Shown here piece after piece: positions 9,315 to 19,613 of a stretch of 64,000 bases of DNA; the first letter of the stretch is position 1, and each line of letters begins with the position of its first letter. The position numbers and the translations under genes were made by a program. A model generated the notes under the pieces. The model saw only the letters and a program-made list of their open reading frames with translations. It was not told the DNA's origin and ran no database searches. The DNA is from Polyangiaceae bacterium (GTDB lineage Bacteria; Myxococcota_A; Polyangia; Polyangiales; Polyangiaceae): assembly GCA_965222375.1 (NCBI GenBank), contig CBDCTZ010000015.1, positions 1,280,001 to 1,344,000 on the forward strand. The letters run 5' to 3'.

Positions 9315-10421
9315 CTATTGCAAACGCACACCGAGAACGAAGAACACGAATGCACCGATGGCGAAGTGGGACAGCGTCACCCCCAACAGGTGGCGCTTGC
9401 GGTGGAACATCCAGCCCCAAAACAGGCCCGGGATGAACGCCATCGCGGCGAAGATGAACGACATGTGCAGGTGGTTCACCGAGAACATCAGCGCGGCAGC
9501 CACGATTGGGGCGACGGTTCGTCCGCGGCCCGAGAGAAAGTCTTCCAGGCTGGCTTGCAGGGCGCAGCGCACGATGAGCTCTTGGACCAAGGCCGACGCT
9601 GCGTAGATGATGAGCAGCACGCGAATGTCGGGATCGGCGAGTCGCGCGGCAATGTCTGTGTGCTCAAAAAGTAATGTCTCTCGCCAACCGGGCACGATCC
9701 GGATCAGAGACCACTTCAGCCCCACCAAAAGCACGGCAAAGATGGGCGTGAAGATCGTGGACTCGAACAGCGAGCCGATCAGGTTCCGAAACCCGAGCCC
9801 AAAACGCGACAGAGGCCACCCTGTACTACGAAGAAAGCGAACGCTGGAGTAGCCGAAGAGCGCAATCACCGGCAAGCTGATGTAGGTCGTACTGGCGCTG
9901 GGCCAGGTGGCACGAAGCCAGGGCAGCGCGCTGAGCAAGACGGCGTAGCCGCATAGCAGCACGAGGCTCTTGATGAGCAGCTCGCCCATCGCGGCCCGCT
10001 CCTGCGCGTGCTCCAAAGACAGAGCGCTCTTCACTCGCAGCCGAGACGCCATGGCTCGGGCGACGTTCGCGAGCAACCTCGGTTCGGTTTCAAGTACGTC
10101 CTTGGGCAGCACCAGAACCTTGCAGGGCTCCGTGGCCCGAATCGTCACCGCTCGACTGCGCCCCTCGACGGCAGCCCCTTGCTCACCGATCAGTTCACCG
10201 GGCTTGAGATCCCCCACCACGTATTCGGTGCCCCGGCGGTCGCGGCGCAACACCTCCAGGCTACCGCTCAGGAGTGCAAACAACTTCTTGGCTGTCTCGC
10301 CCTCCCGCGTCAGCACCTCGCCCCTCTCGAGGGTCGCCTCTTTCGCGACGGCCTCCACCTTGGCGTGCTGCTTGCGCGAGAGCCCGCGCACCAGGGGCAG
10401 ATCCTTGTCAATACGCAACAC
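9315..10421 (-). CDS. Cyclic-nucleotide-binding domain fused to CPBP/CAAX (Abi) intramembrane protease
   Basis: GEVLTREGE...GELIGEQ...RAVTIRATEPCKVL (cNMP domain); TM region with QELIVR, FSVNH, SH motifs. Confidence 0.85.
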   Translation of the reverse strand: MLRIDKDLPLVRGLSRKQHAKVEAVAKEATLERGEVLTREGETAKKLFALLSGSLEVLRRDRRGTEYVVGDLKPGELIGEQGAAVEGRSRAVTIRATEPCKVLVLPKDVLETEPRLLANVARAMASRLRVKSALSLEHAQERAAMGELLIKSLVLLCGYAVLLSALPWLRATWPSASTTYISLPVIALFGYSSVRFLRSTGWPLSRFGLGFRNLIGSLFESTIFTPIFAVLLVGLKWSLIRIVPGWRETLLFEHTDIAARLADPDIRVLLIIYAASALVQELIVRCALQASLEDFLSGRGRTVAPIVAAALMFSVNHLHMSFIFAAMAFIPGLFWGWMFHRKRHLLGVTLSHFAIGAFVFFVLGVRLQ

Positions 10422-10537
10422 GACTTGGAGACCTTATTCGAAGTGCGGGAATTACTCACTCGGCATGACAGCCTGCACAACCTGGCGGTGCCCGCGCTGC
10501 GCCGGTGCGCCGAGGGTTCTCATCTCGCTGGCCGGCT

Positions 10538-11299
10538 TCAGGCCTCGAGGAGCTGCACGATTTCGACAAAGCCGCGCTGCTTTGCGTGCTCCAGCGGCGT
10601 GACGCCGTTCTTGTCGGCAATGTTCTTGTCGGCACCGTGTTTCAGCAGCAACGCGACGATCTCTTGGTGGGCTTTGCCCCCGTCGGAAAGGACGATTGCT
10701 TCGAGAAGGGCTGTCCAGCCCAGGTTGTTCACGTGATTGACATCGACAGAGGTCTCTTCCAATAGCTTTTGGACCGTAGAAACATGACCGCGCTCCGCGG
10801 CCGGAATCAAGGCGGTGCCGCCATAACCGTTGAGGATCGTCACATCGGGCTTCCGCGGGATGAGCAGGTCCAGGATTGCGTCGGCACCTATCGCACCGGC
10901 ATGCAGGAACGGCGTTTGATCGATCAAGCTGTGACCCTCGCCAAAGTGATCGATGTCGGGATTGTGGTTGAGCAGAAAGCCCACGGTCGCAGCGCGACGC
11001 TTCTCGGTTGCCGCCAGCAGCGCCGTCTTGCCCAAGCCGTTGGTGACGTTTACGTCCGCCCCGTCCTTCAGCATGGCTTGCAGAGCGGCGTGGTCACCGC
11101 GAGCGGCGGCGTCCACAAATGCTTCCGCATCGACAAGCACGGCGTCAGCCGCAATGGCATCCGCGACCGCAGCATCGGCCGCCCCGGCGTCGAGGAGCCC
11201 AGCGTCCTCCAGCGGCTTTCCGGCCGGCTCGGCGGTCGAGCAGGCGCCCAGCAGCATGATGACCAGGACGGGCATCAAGTGGGAAGTCTTCATCGGCAC
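10538..11299 (-). CDS. Ankyrin-repeat lipoprotein
   Basis: LGAC lipobox; GKTALL, GGTALIPAAERGH, GWTALLEA, GVTPLEHA repeats. Confidence 0.9.
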   Translation of the reverse strand: MPMKTSHLMPVLVIMLLGACSTAEPAGKPLEDAGLLDAGAADAAVADAIAADAVLVDAEAFVDAAARGDHAALQAMLKDGADVNVTNGLGKTALLAATEKRRAATVGFLLNHNPDIDHFGEGHSLIDQTPFLHAGAIGADAILDLLIPRKPDVTILNGYGGTALIPAAERGHVSTVQKLLEETSVDVNHVNNLGWTALLEAIVLSDGGKAHQEIVALLLKHGADKNIADKNGVTPLEHAKQRGFVEIVQLLEA

Positions 11300-11407
11300 A
11301 AGGTCGACACGCTAGCACTTCGCTCCGCTCCGACCAGGCCCCCGGGACGACAGCCTGGCGACGGCAGTTCCTTCAGCGACCAGCCGATGGAATTCCAATC
11401 GCACGGT

Positions 11408-14194
11408 CTACTGAATCACGATCAGCTCTTTGGTGGTGCTGTCGTAGGCGTAGAGCTGTTTGGCTACCGGGTCGAAGCCGAGCCCATAGTGAGACGAGCT
11501 AGTGCTGAAGGTCGCCAGCTTGTCGGCATAGGCAACCCCACCTGGGTCGCACACGAAGTACACATCGCCGGTGTTGCCCGTGTAGTAGATGAAGTCGATC
11601 TTGCCGTCGTTGTCTTTGTCGTGGCTGGCCATGCCGATCGCGATGGTCGTCAGCGGCCACACATCCGTGATCAGGGTGACGGCGCCATTGCTTCGAGCCA
11701 CTTTGACCAAGCGGTTGCTCAGGCCGCAGGCTACGTAGAAATTAGCGTCGTCCACGCCCAAGCCCCCGCAGTAGTTCTGCCCCAACACGCTGCCTTCGAG
11801 TACGGCGTCGACAGGCGCGGTGCCGGTGGATGGCATTCGCCAGATTTGGGTATCTTGAGATGTGGAGCTCTCGTGGGTGACGGCGAAGATATCGCCCTTG
11901 TAGCTGGTGGCCCCCTGGAAGTCGTCGAAGGGAGAGGTTGGGAACTTCGCGTAGTCGACCAAGGACCAGCTGGTGCCTTTGTCACTACTGATTTGGAAGA
12001 TGCGCTTGGTGGACCCAAACGTCTGCTTGTTCAGAGTGTAGATGTTCTTGTCGTCGACCAGCATCGAGTAGCCGACGGTCCCGGCGCTGAGTGCTGCCTT
12101 CGCATACACGTTTTCCCAAGCGCCGCCGGTCTTCTTGGTGCGGTACAGCGCGTTGGTGCCGCCGATGTAGACCCAGCCCGCAGGGTCGGCATCTGCCTCG
12201 ACGTAGTACTCGGTAAGGAACGTGGTCGCACCGGTGGAGTAGCGCTTCACCGTGCCACCCACCATGCCGTTGGTGCCGGGGTTGCAGGGCGGAGTGATCA
12301 CCGTGAACGTCCACGGGGGCGGCGTAACCGGCTTCTTGCAGGTGGAATCTTCCAGCCCGGTCCAGCTGACCGTCACATTGGCACCGGCGGGCAGCGCGGG
12401 CGAACTGATCACCAGGGTCTTGTTGTTGTTGGACCACTTCAGATTCGCGGGGCTGAGGGACAGATCGTAGCTCAGGGTGGTCGTGCCGTGTTTGAGCGTG
12501 ATGATCCCCTTCGAAGTATTGACCGCCGCGTCGAAGGTCACCTCGAGGTTGGGCGACAGTGTCGTCGTGGTGGAACCGTGCGCCGGCTGGACCACGGTGG
12601 CGTTCCCGGTGAATACCGAGCAGTCGAGCTCCGTGATGTTCACGGTCAGCGGGTTCGACAGGGGTTGACTCCCCGTCGTGGTGTCTCGCAGATAGATGTA
12701 GACGGGTTGGTTCGCCTTGACGGGCGTCTCCGCATCCATCGACGGCTTCGAGTATTCGTTCACGCACGCCAGGGTGGGCGTCATGCTTCCGCAGGTTTGG
12801 TCGGTCACGACCATCGTCCAACGGTTGTTGGCGGGCTTGGTGATGGATATATCGATGCTGCCATTGAAGGTCGGATCGTAGCGCATCACCAGATCTGGCC
12901 CGGTCAGCGTGGAACTACCGCAGGAGGGCTTGGCGATCATGTGGTCCGCCTTGGTAGCGACCCAGTTCACGGTATTTTTACCCGCCTTGACTTCCCAGGC
13001 CGTGCCGCAGTCTTCGCCGGTGATGGGTGCGGTCACGCAGGCAGGAGCTCCGCCCGTGTCGCTGCAGGTCTGGCCAACCGGGCAGGTGTTTACGGTCGTC
13101 CACACCTTGCAGCTGGTGCCAACCAGACTGCAGGTTTGCATCGCGTTGAACTGACAGCGCTGCGCACCGACGGCTGGACAGGGATTGGTGCAGTCCGGCT
13201 CGCAAGCGGCCGTCTGCGGTCCGGTGAGCTGGCATTTCCAGCCGGCGCCCTTGGTTTTGCAGTCCTCTCCGGCCTCGAAAATCAGGCAGCCTTTGGGGTC
13301 CTTCTTGCAGGTGTTGACCACACCGCCGATGCAAGTCTGCAAGCCCTCTTTCGCGCACTGATTGGGGCAGCCTTGAACACACTTTTTCGTCTTGGTGTCG
13401 CAGCTTCCGCCAGTAGCCGCACACTTTTCCGTCGTGGCCCAGTACAGACAGCTGCCATTGGTCTGGCAGGTCTGAAGATCGTTACCGCTGCACCGGGTTT
13501 CGCCGAGAATGTTGCACTGATTCGCGCACGCACCGATGCACTCTGCAGAGCCCTTGGTGTCGTCACAGGTTTGGGCCGTGGACGCGCAGTCTTGGCTTTC
13601 AGACCAAGCCAGGCAGCCCGTTAGGCCGACCTTGCAGGTCTCGATCTGAGTGCCGTTGCAGTGTGACTCGCCTTCTTTGGGACAACCGTCTACGCAGCCC
13701 TCGCACACGGGAGTTCCGCTGACGGCGCTACAGCCCTGGCCAAGATCGGCGCAGTTCGTGGTGGGTTGCCATAGGCGGCAACCCTGGTCGGAATCGTTGC
13801 AGGATTCGATGACGTTGGCGTTGCATTGCTGGCTGCCGATGGTTTCGCACGTGTCGTTGCAGCAGCTGGCGATATCCAGCGTGCAGTCGGCCTTGCAGGA
13901 GACGCCTCCGCCTTTGTAGCCGAACTCGGAACAATCCTTGATGAAGGCGTCGCCGTCGCAGTTCTCGCCCGGCTCGACCACGCCATTGCCACAGGTGCCG
14001 CAGGCATCGCCGGTGCACGCCGAACAATCATCGGGGCAGTCGAAATTCGATTCACCCGCTTCGCATTTGGCGTTGCCACACACGGGGTCACCGCCTTCGG
14101 ACAGGCCCTCCAAGTCCTCCGTCGCGCATCCCGCGAAGACGACTGAAAGCGTCGTCGCGAAAACCACCGCTGCCCAACTGCGTGCACCCTTCAT
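11408..14194 (-). CDS. Large Cys-rich-repeat lipoprotein with Ig-like and C-terminal beta-propeller-like regions
   Basis: FAGC lipobox, CGNG..EPGE.CD myxobacterial Cys repeat, C...C...G...C repeats, P.HGST...VTFD Ig-like pattern. Confidence 0.8.
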   Translation of the reverse strand: MKGARSWAAVVFATTLSVVFAGCATEDLEGLSEGGDPVCGNAKCEAGESNFDCPDDCSACTGDACGTCGNGVVEPGENCDGDAFIKDCSEFGYKGGGVSCKADCTLDIASCCNDTCETIGSQQCNANVIESCNDSDQGCRLWQPTTNCADLGQGCSAVSGTPVCEGCVDGCPKEGESHCNGTQIETCKVGLTGCLAWSESQDCASTAQTCDDTKGSAECIGACANQCNILGETRCSGNDLQTCQTNGSCLYWATTEKCAATGGSCDTKTKKCVQGCPNQCAKEGLQTCIGGVVNTCKKDPKGCLIFEAGEDCKTKGAGWKCQLTGPQTAACEPDCTNPCPAVGAQRCQFNAMQTCSLVGTSCKVWTTVNTCPVGQTCSDTGGAPACVTAPITGEDCGTAWEVKAGKNTVNWVATKADHMIAKPSCGSSTLTGPDLVMRYDPTFNGSIDISITKPANNRWTMVVTDQTCGSMTPTLACVNEYSKPSMDAETPVKANQPVYIYLRDTTTGSQPLSNPLTVNITELDCSVFTGNATVVQPAHGSTTTTLSPNLEVTFDAAVNTSKGIITLKHGTTTLSYDLSLSPANLKWSNNNKTLVISSPALPAGANVTVSWTGLEDSTCKKPVTPPPWTFTVITPPCNPGTNGMVGGTVKRYSTGATTFLTEYYVEADADPAGWVYIGGTNALYRTKKTGGAWENVYAKAALSAGTVGYSMLVDDKNIYTLNKQTFGSTKRIFQISSDKGTSWSLVDYAKFPTSPFDDFQGATSYKGDIFAVTHESSTSQDTQIWRMPSTGTAPVDAVLEGSVLGQNYCGGLGVDDANFYVACGLSNRLVKVARSNGAVTLITDVWPLTTIAIGMASHDKDNDGKIDFIYYTGNTGDVYFVCDPGGVAYADKLATFSTSSSHYGLGFDPVAKQLYAYDSTTKELIVIQ

Positions 14195-14330
14195 GTCCCA
14201 ACAATCCTAAGTAATTTGACGCAACGCGTCATAAGTGTCCTCACGGGACGCTGCGTGTATCCAGTACGTACGAACCGAGTCTTTCTTGCTCACTATTTCC
14301 AAACGCGGCGGCGCCCCCAAACGTCACGCG

Positions 14331-14353
14331 GGGAGCGAGACTTTCTCGCTCCC
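14331..14353. other. Perfect 10-bp hairpin GGGAGCGAGA-CTT-TCTCGCTCCC
   Basis: Inverted repeat read directly; possible terminator or regulatory site. Confidence 0.5.
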
Positions 14354-14605
14354 AAACCCAGGTAAACGACAACTGCCCACTAAACATGATCCCGAACGCG
14401 GACGGTGCCCATCACAATGATCGCAACGCTCCGTTCGAAGGAGCGCAATGCTCCCTCGGCTGCGGGTACTGCAGGCACCGTGCCATCGAAATGCGCGGAA
14501 TAACCGGTGGTTCTTTGGCACACCCGCCGCTGGCACAGACAGCGCTGGCAGCTAACGCACGCCCCGCCGGCTTGTTCGTCCAATCTGGGTGAAACCTGAG
14601 GGCCG

Positions 14606-15470
14606 CTACGGGTAACTCGCGCGATGCGCGGTCCAAGCGTCGCCAACGAACGAGTCGGTGGTGCCACCGCCGCCAACGACGGGTGGGTCTGCCCCAAAGC
14701 CCATCCAGCGGTCCACGTAGTCGAAGAACGCGTCGTTCTTCCACAGCGGCGCGGCACCCATGATTCGCGCCGCGAGCGCTTCACCGACCCAAGTCCGCGA
14801 GGTGCAGCAGTTGCGGTAGTCGTCACAGGCGTCGATGGCGCCAGCCGGGTCGCGACAGTCCTTGCTGCCGGACCCACTGCACCCATTGGCCTGATACGAG
14901 CTGGTGCAGTCCTGACCGAAGAGCGCGACGTTCGCTTGGCCGGAGTTCTTGCCGTCCCGGATTCCGACATCCCTTGTAGGTCGATGCCCAGCTGTACGTA
15001 GTTGATGAGCAGCGGTTCCAGTTCGGCGTCCGTGTAGTCGAGCATCAACAGAAGCGCTCCTCGACTCACGATCTTCCCGATCTCGCGACCGTAGTTGGGC
15101 ATGTTCCTGATGGGGTGCATTGCGCGGCCCGTCCAGCCGCTACGGTGGTCAACCCAAGGGTGCTCGAAGTGGGTGGCCGATTCGGCGACGACCGAAGCAG
15201 CGGGCCGAGTTGTCAGCGCCAGCTTGGGCAGCAAGCTGCGATTCAGATTACCGGCGCGGTAGCTAGTCTTCTTGCTGCCCGAAAACGCGGGCCTGAACGC
15301 ATCCGCCGACGGCACATCCGATACCGCGGTCAGCACCGAAGCGCGGAGCATGAAGCCGTGACCTGGAGACACGCAATAGCCGGAAATGTCCTCCAGACCG
15401 CCCGACGGACAATCGCTGGCGCTGCCTCGACTCTCCATGGAGACCAGCGACTGCCCGCTAGCCAGCGTCC
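14606..15470 (-). pseudogene. Fragment of an uncharacterised secreted-protein family, 5'-truncated and frameshifted
   Basis: Frame 1 gives DAFRPAF...HPIRNMPNYGRE...YVQLGIDL; near 14950 it shifts to a frame giving CRDPAGAID...YRNCCTSRTWVGEALAARIM...AFFDYVDRWM, stop at 14606. Confidence 0.7.
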
Positions 15471-15499
15471 GACCGCATGTCAAAGTCGCCAGCGGGCCC

Positions 15500-15539
15500 T
15501 TGACAGCCCTGCTAACTGTATCTATCTCTGTGACAGTTA
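15500..15539 (+). promoter_or_regulatory. Sigma70-like promoter with overlapping inverted-repeat operator (putative Rrf2 site)
   Basis: TTGACA at 15500; TAACTGT-N13-ACAGTTA at 15513-15539 just upstream of the Rrf2 gene. Confidence 0.65.
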
Positions 15540-15559
15540 CGCATTCCGGTTCCCCAACC

Positions 15560-15976
15560 ATGCTGTCCAACACCCATTTTTCCATGGCGATTCACGTGCT
15601 CAGCGCACTCGCCTTCAACGATGGGAAGGTCATCGGTTCTGACGACTTGGCGAAGACCGTTGGCACGAACCCGTCGTTTCTTCGCGGGCTAATTGGGCGG
15701 TTGAAGGACGCGGGACTGGTCGAGACCCAGTTGGGCAAGGGAGGCGGCACCCGCTTGGCGAAGCGCCCTTCCAAGATCACGCTGCGTGACGTGTATCGAG
15801 CGACCGAGTCAGGCCCGGCCCTCAAGACTCACGAGTGCACCGACAAGTCGATGTGTCCGGTGGCCGTCGGAATGGGGCCGTTACTGTCTCATGTGAACGG
15901 CCGTATCGAGAAGGCGGTGGAAGCGGAGCTGAAACGGCTGACCGTGGCCGACTTGGTCGCGGACTACGTCGAGTAG
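15560..15976 (+). CDS. Rrf2 family transcriptional regulator
   Basis: THFSMAIHVL...LAKTVGTNPSFLR...GKGGG..LAK.PSKITL.DVY.A; Cys pair CTDKSMCPV. Confidence 0.92.
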   Translation: MLSNTHFSMAIHVLSALAFNDGKVIGSDDLAKTVGTNPSFLRGLIGRLKDAGLVETQLGKGGGTRLAKRPSKITLRDVYRATESGPALKTHECTDKSMCPVAVGMGPLLSHVNGRIEKAVEAELKRLTVADLVADYVE

Positions 15977-16052
15977 CGAGGGCCACCCCAGGTTTTTTTT
16001 CTATTAAATGTATCTAAGTTACCAACACACCAACAAAAAGAGCTGAGGACAA

Positions 16053-16802
16053 ATGAACAAGAAACTAGAAGGCAAAGTTGCGGTGATCACGGGCGGAACG
16101 ACGGGCATTGGCTTTGCCAGTGCAAAGCGATTCCTCGACGAAGGTGCCAAGGTGATCCTGACTGGGACCAACCCCAAGACCCTGGAAGCAGCGCGTTCCG
16201 AATTGGACGGGCGAGCGCAGGTCATCGCGTCGGACGCCTCGAAGGAACAGGACGTGAAAAACCTGTTCGAACAGGTCGTGAAAGAACACGGCAAGATCGA
16301 CGTGCTGTTCCTCAATGCGGGAATCGCGAAGTTCGCGCCTTGGGAGCAGCACAGCGTCGACGACTTCGACCGCCAGTTCGCCATCAACGTCAAAGGTCCC
16401 TGGCTGGCGATCAAGCACGGCATCCCGGCGCTCAAGGACGGAGCGTCCGTGATCGCCACCACGTCGGTCGTCAATCGGATCGGCATGCCGGGCGCCAGTG
16501 CCTACTCAGCCACCAAGGCGGCGCTGCGACAGCTCGTGCGCAACGCTTCGGCAGAACTGTCCCCTCGCGGGATCCGCGTCAACGCAGTTAGTCCTGGACC
16601 GATCGAGACGCCCATCTTCGACAAGACCGGAGTGCCGCCAGCCGAGCTGGAACAGATGGCTGCGCAACTCCAGAGCCAAGTGCCGCTCGGGCGATTTGGC
16701 AAGTCGGAAGAAGTCGCCAACTTGGCGCTATTTCTCGCGAGCGACGAGTCGTCGTTCGTGCAGGGTCAGGAGTTCGCCATCGATGGCGGGATGACTGGAT
16801 GA
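16053..16802 (+). CDS. SDR family oxidoreductase
   Basis: ITGGTTGIG, NAG, YSATK, VNAVSPGPIET. Confidence 0.95.
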   Translation: MNKKLEGKVAVITGGTTGIGFASAKRFLDEGAKVILTGTNPKTLEAARSELDGRAQVIASDASKEQDVKNLFEQVVKEHGKIDVLFLNAGIAKFAPWEQHSVDDFDRQFAINVKGPWLAIKHGIPALKDGASVIATTSVVNRIGMPGASAYSATKAALRQLVRNASAELSPRGIRVNAVSPGPIETPIFDKTGVPPAELEQMAAQLQSQVPLGRFGKSEEVANLALFLASDESSFVQGQEFAIDGGMTG

Positions 16803-16811
16803 GTCGCGGGC

Positions 16812-16846
16812 GCAGTCGGCGGCGGGTTCCCCGTCGCCGCACTGCA
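16812..16846. terminator. GC-rich hairpin between convergent genes
   Basis: GCAGTCGGCGGCGGG...CCCGTCGCCGCACTGC; no clear U-tract. Confidence 0.4.
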
Positions 16847-17575
16847 TCAGTTGGGTCGTGGAACTGGTGCGGGCTCGTCCGCACCTCCGAACTCCATGCC
16901 AACCCAGAGAGACAGCACAGTGCTGCTGCCATCCTCAGCGCCGGGTAGCCAGATGTATCGCGCATCCACACCGACGAAGAAGGGCGCAAGGGGCGAGCTC
17001 GGCGCACTCACCAGCGCCCGGGACCAGCAGCGGGTCAGCCACTCGACGGCGTCCTGTAACCGCTGGCGCAGACTGCGACGCGCACCAGGATACAGGGAGA
17101 GCTCGACGATGCGCTCGGCCTCGCGAAGGTAGCTTGCGGCCAAGTGGTCGTGCACGCCGTCGAGCAGAACTAGGTGACCGCTCCGGCTGGGCGTCCGCTC
17201 CGACACCGGCGGCTCCTCGACCTCATCGGCCTCCGCTAGGTCGAATGCAGGGAGCGGCGGATCATCGACTTCGTCGCGAATGGCGACTGTGACCGCGGGA
17301 ATCGGCGTGCGCAGGGTCGGCCGATCGTCCTCGTCGCAGTCGGACGCGAAAGCTGCGGAGCGGATCGCATCGACGAAAGCGTCGTCGAGATGATCCCCCA
17401 GCCCAACCAAAGTCTGGCGGTATTCGCTACGGCTCGACGGAGTCGACTCCGACTCCTCACCTAGCATGCTGCCATCGCCGCGGAATACGACGACCGGGTG
17501 TGCCAAGGGAAAACCTCGCACCCCGTACGGGGCGTGCATCACGTCGAGATCCGAGATGAGTTGCGAACTACGCAT
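16847..17575 (-). CDS. Hypothetical protein
   Basis: 242-aa ORF with ATG start; acidic central region. Confidence 0.55.
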   Translation of the reverse strand: MRSSQLISDLDVMHAPYGVRGFPLAHPVVVFRGDGSMLGEESESTPSSRSEYRQTLVGLGDHLDDAFVDAIRSAAFASDCDEDDRPTLRTPIPAVTVAIRDEVDDPPLPAFDLAEADEVEEPPVSERTPSRSGHLVLLDGVHDHLAASYLREAERIVELSLYPGARRSLRQRLQDAVEWLTRCWSRALVSAPSSPLAPFFVGVDARYIWLPGAEDGSSTVLSLWVGMEFGGADEPAPVPRPN

Positions 17576-17746
17576 GTGCCACTGGCATCGCCGAAGAGCG
17601 TCACGCGGGCCAAGAAATTTGGCGCCGCTGTTCAGAAAGGCGCGGCGTTCTTGGCTCTTTTTGTCGCTCGGGTCAACCCATGGAGGTCGGGTCGACGTCG
17701 GCGATTGGCCGGCGTGCCGTTCGCGGCGATCCTGTAGGATAATCCC

Positions 17747-19495
17747 GTGCTCTCACTGCTCCGGAGACTGTTCAGGCACCTGGACCACCCGAAAGCACAT
17801 CGAAGCATTGTCCTGCTGGCGTTGTTCCTAGCGCTGCCATGTTTGGCCTCGCCTTTGATGGCCGACGACTACATCCAACGGATCCGTCTGCGACCCGATC
17901 TGCACTACCCGGGTTTCGACGACGGTCTGTTCGATCTCTTCGTGTTTGCCAGTGGCGACCCCAGCCAGCGCGCTGCCCTGATGGATTCGGGTTCGTTCCC
18001 TTGGTGGACCGCCGAGCATTTCAAATTGGCGTTCTTTCGGCCCTTGTCGGCGCTCACCCATTGGATCGATGGGCTGCTATGGGGACAGTCTTCGGCGCTC
18101 ATCCACGCTCACTCCCTGGCGTGGTTCGCTGGCCTGTTGGGCACGGTCGGTTGGCTCTATCGGCGGCTGCATACACCCGCAGTAGGCGCATTGGCCTTGC
18201 TGCTCTACGCCGTTGACGACTCGCGGGGGCCGGTGCTCAGCTTTGCGGCGAATCGCAACGCCATCATCGCCGCGTTGCTCGGTGTCGCGGTGCTCATTGT
18301 CCACGATCGCTGGCGTCGACAGAATTGGCGCGCGGGCAGCGTTTTGGGCCCGGCGCTGCTGGGCGCCGCGTTGCTCGCCGGTGAGTCGGCCTTGGCAACC
18401 ACGGCATACTTGTTCGCGTACGCGCTCTTCCGCGACAAGGGGAACCTGCTGGCGCGCCTTGCAAAACTGCTCCCCTATGTGGCGGTCGTCGTCACCTGGC
18501 AACTCGTCTACAAGGCTCTGGGCTACGGTGCGGTGGGCTCGGGTCTGTACTTGCATCCAACGGCCGCACCCCAGAGCTTTCTCGTCGCGGCTCTCGAGCG
18601 CTGGCCTGTGCTGATGATGGGGCAGCTCAGCGGACCGCCATCGGACTTCTGGGTGCTGTACCCACGGCTGACGTCCTGGGTGATGCTCGGGCTCGCGATC
18701 GCAGTCGTGGGCGCGTGCGTTGCAGTGGCGCTCCCGACTCTGCGCTCGAACGCTACCGCGCGGTTTTGGGCGCTCGGCGCGGCGCTGGCAGGGATCCCTG
18801 TGTGCGCCACTTTTCCAAGCGATCGACTGCTGGTCTTCGTGAGCATTGGCGTGATGGGGCTGCTCGCTTGTTTCCTCGAGAGTGTCCTCAGCGGTTCGCC
18901 TTCGCGAAGCCGTCGCCTGGCGGCCGGAGCGGCCGTACTTCTGCACCTGGTCCTTGCTCCCTTGGCTTTGCCCGTGCGCTCGCTGAGCACGCAGCTTTTT
19001 GCGTCGGTCATGGAGCCTCTGGACGAAGCGGTTCCAAAGGACCCAAGCATCGAGTCCCGTTCACTGGTCATCGTCAATGCGCCCGCGGATGGCGTAGTGG
19101 CGTATATTCCGATTCACCGAGCCGCACGGGGCACACCCCGACCGAAAAACCTGCGCCTGCTTGCCACCGGCCCCACAGCGATCGACATCACGCGGGTGAA
19201 TCAGCGCACCCTGCGGCTGCGACCTGAGGCGGGCTTCATCGCTACCAGGCTCGAGCGTATGGCCCGCTCGACCGCCGAGCCCTTCAAGCTGAGGCAGGTC
19301 GTCGATCTGAGTGGGATGAAGGTCATAGTCACCGGCCTGCGCGAGGATGGTCGTCCGGCTGAGGCGGAGTTTGTTTTCGATCGACCGCTCGACGACCCGA
19401 CGTTGCTCTGGATGCGTTGGGCCGACGGTCGTTTAGTTCCCTGGGCGCCGCCGGCCATTGGCCAGGGCGCTGCGCTACCGGGAGCGAGGTTCTGA
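17747..19495 (+). CDS. Polytopic membrane protein, GT-C-like architecture
   Basis: ADDY after TM1, FFRPLS, about 11 TM helices; TAGGATAAT promoter-like box just upstream. Confidence 0.7.
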   Translation: MLSLLRRLFRHLDHPKAHRSIVLLALFLALPCLASPLMADDYIQRIRLRPDLHYPGFDDGLFDLFVFASGDPSQRAALMDSGSFPWWTAEHFKLAFFRPLSALTHWIDGLLWGQSSALIHAHSLAWFAGLLGTVGWLYRRLHTPAVGALALLLYAVDDSRGPVLSFAANRNAIIAALLGVAVLIVHDRWRRQNWRAGSVLGPALLGAALLAGESALATTAYLFAYALFRDKGNLLARLAKLLPYVAVVVTWQLVYKALGYGAVGSGLYLHPTAAPQSFLVAALERWPVLMMGQLSGPPSDFWVLYPRLTSWVMLGLAIAVVGACVAVALPTLRSNATARFWALGAALAGIPVCATFPSDRLLVFVSIGVMGLLACFLESVLSGSPSRSRRLAAGAAVLLHLVLAPLALPVRSLSTQLFASVMEPLDEAVPKDPSIESRSLVIVNAPADGVVAYIPIHRAARGTPRPKNLRLLATGPTAIDITRVNQRTLRLRPEAGFIATRLERMARSTAEPFKLRQVVDLSGMKVIVTGLREDGRPAEAEFVFDRPLDDPTLLWMRWADGRLVPWAPPAIGQGAALPGARF

Positions 19496-19613
19496 GTCCT
19501 GGCTCGACTCGACGGGCTCAGCGAGCGCCACTCCATCGGGTTTACTGCTGCCACCGTGATGTTAGTTCACGGTGGTTCGCCTCACTGTCGCAGAACGACG
19601 GAAATAGGTTCGC

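Noticed and set aside
10769..13624. 951-aa plus-strand ORF
   Set aside because: Antisense shadow of the ankyrin and Cys-rich genes, expected at high GC.
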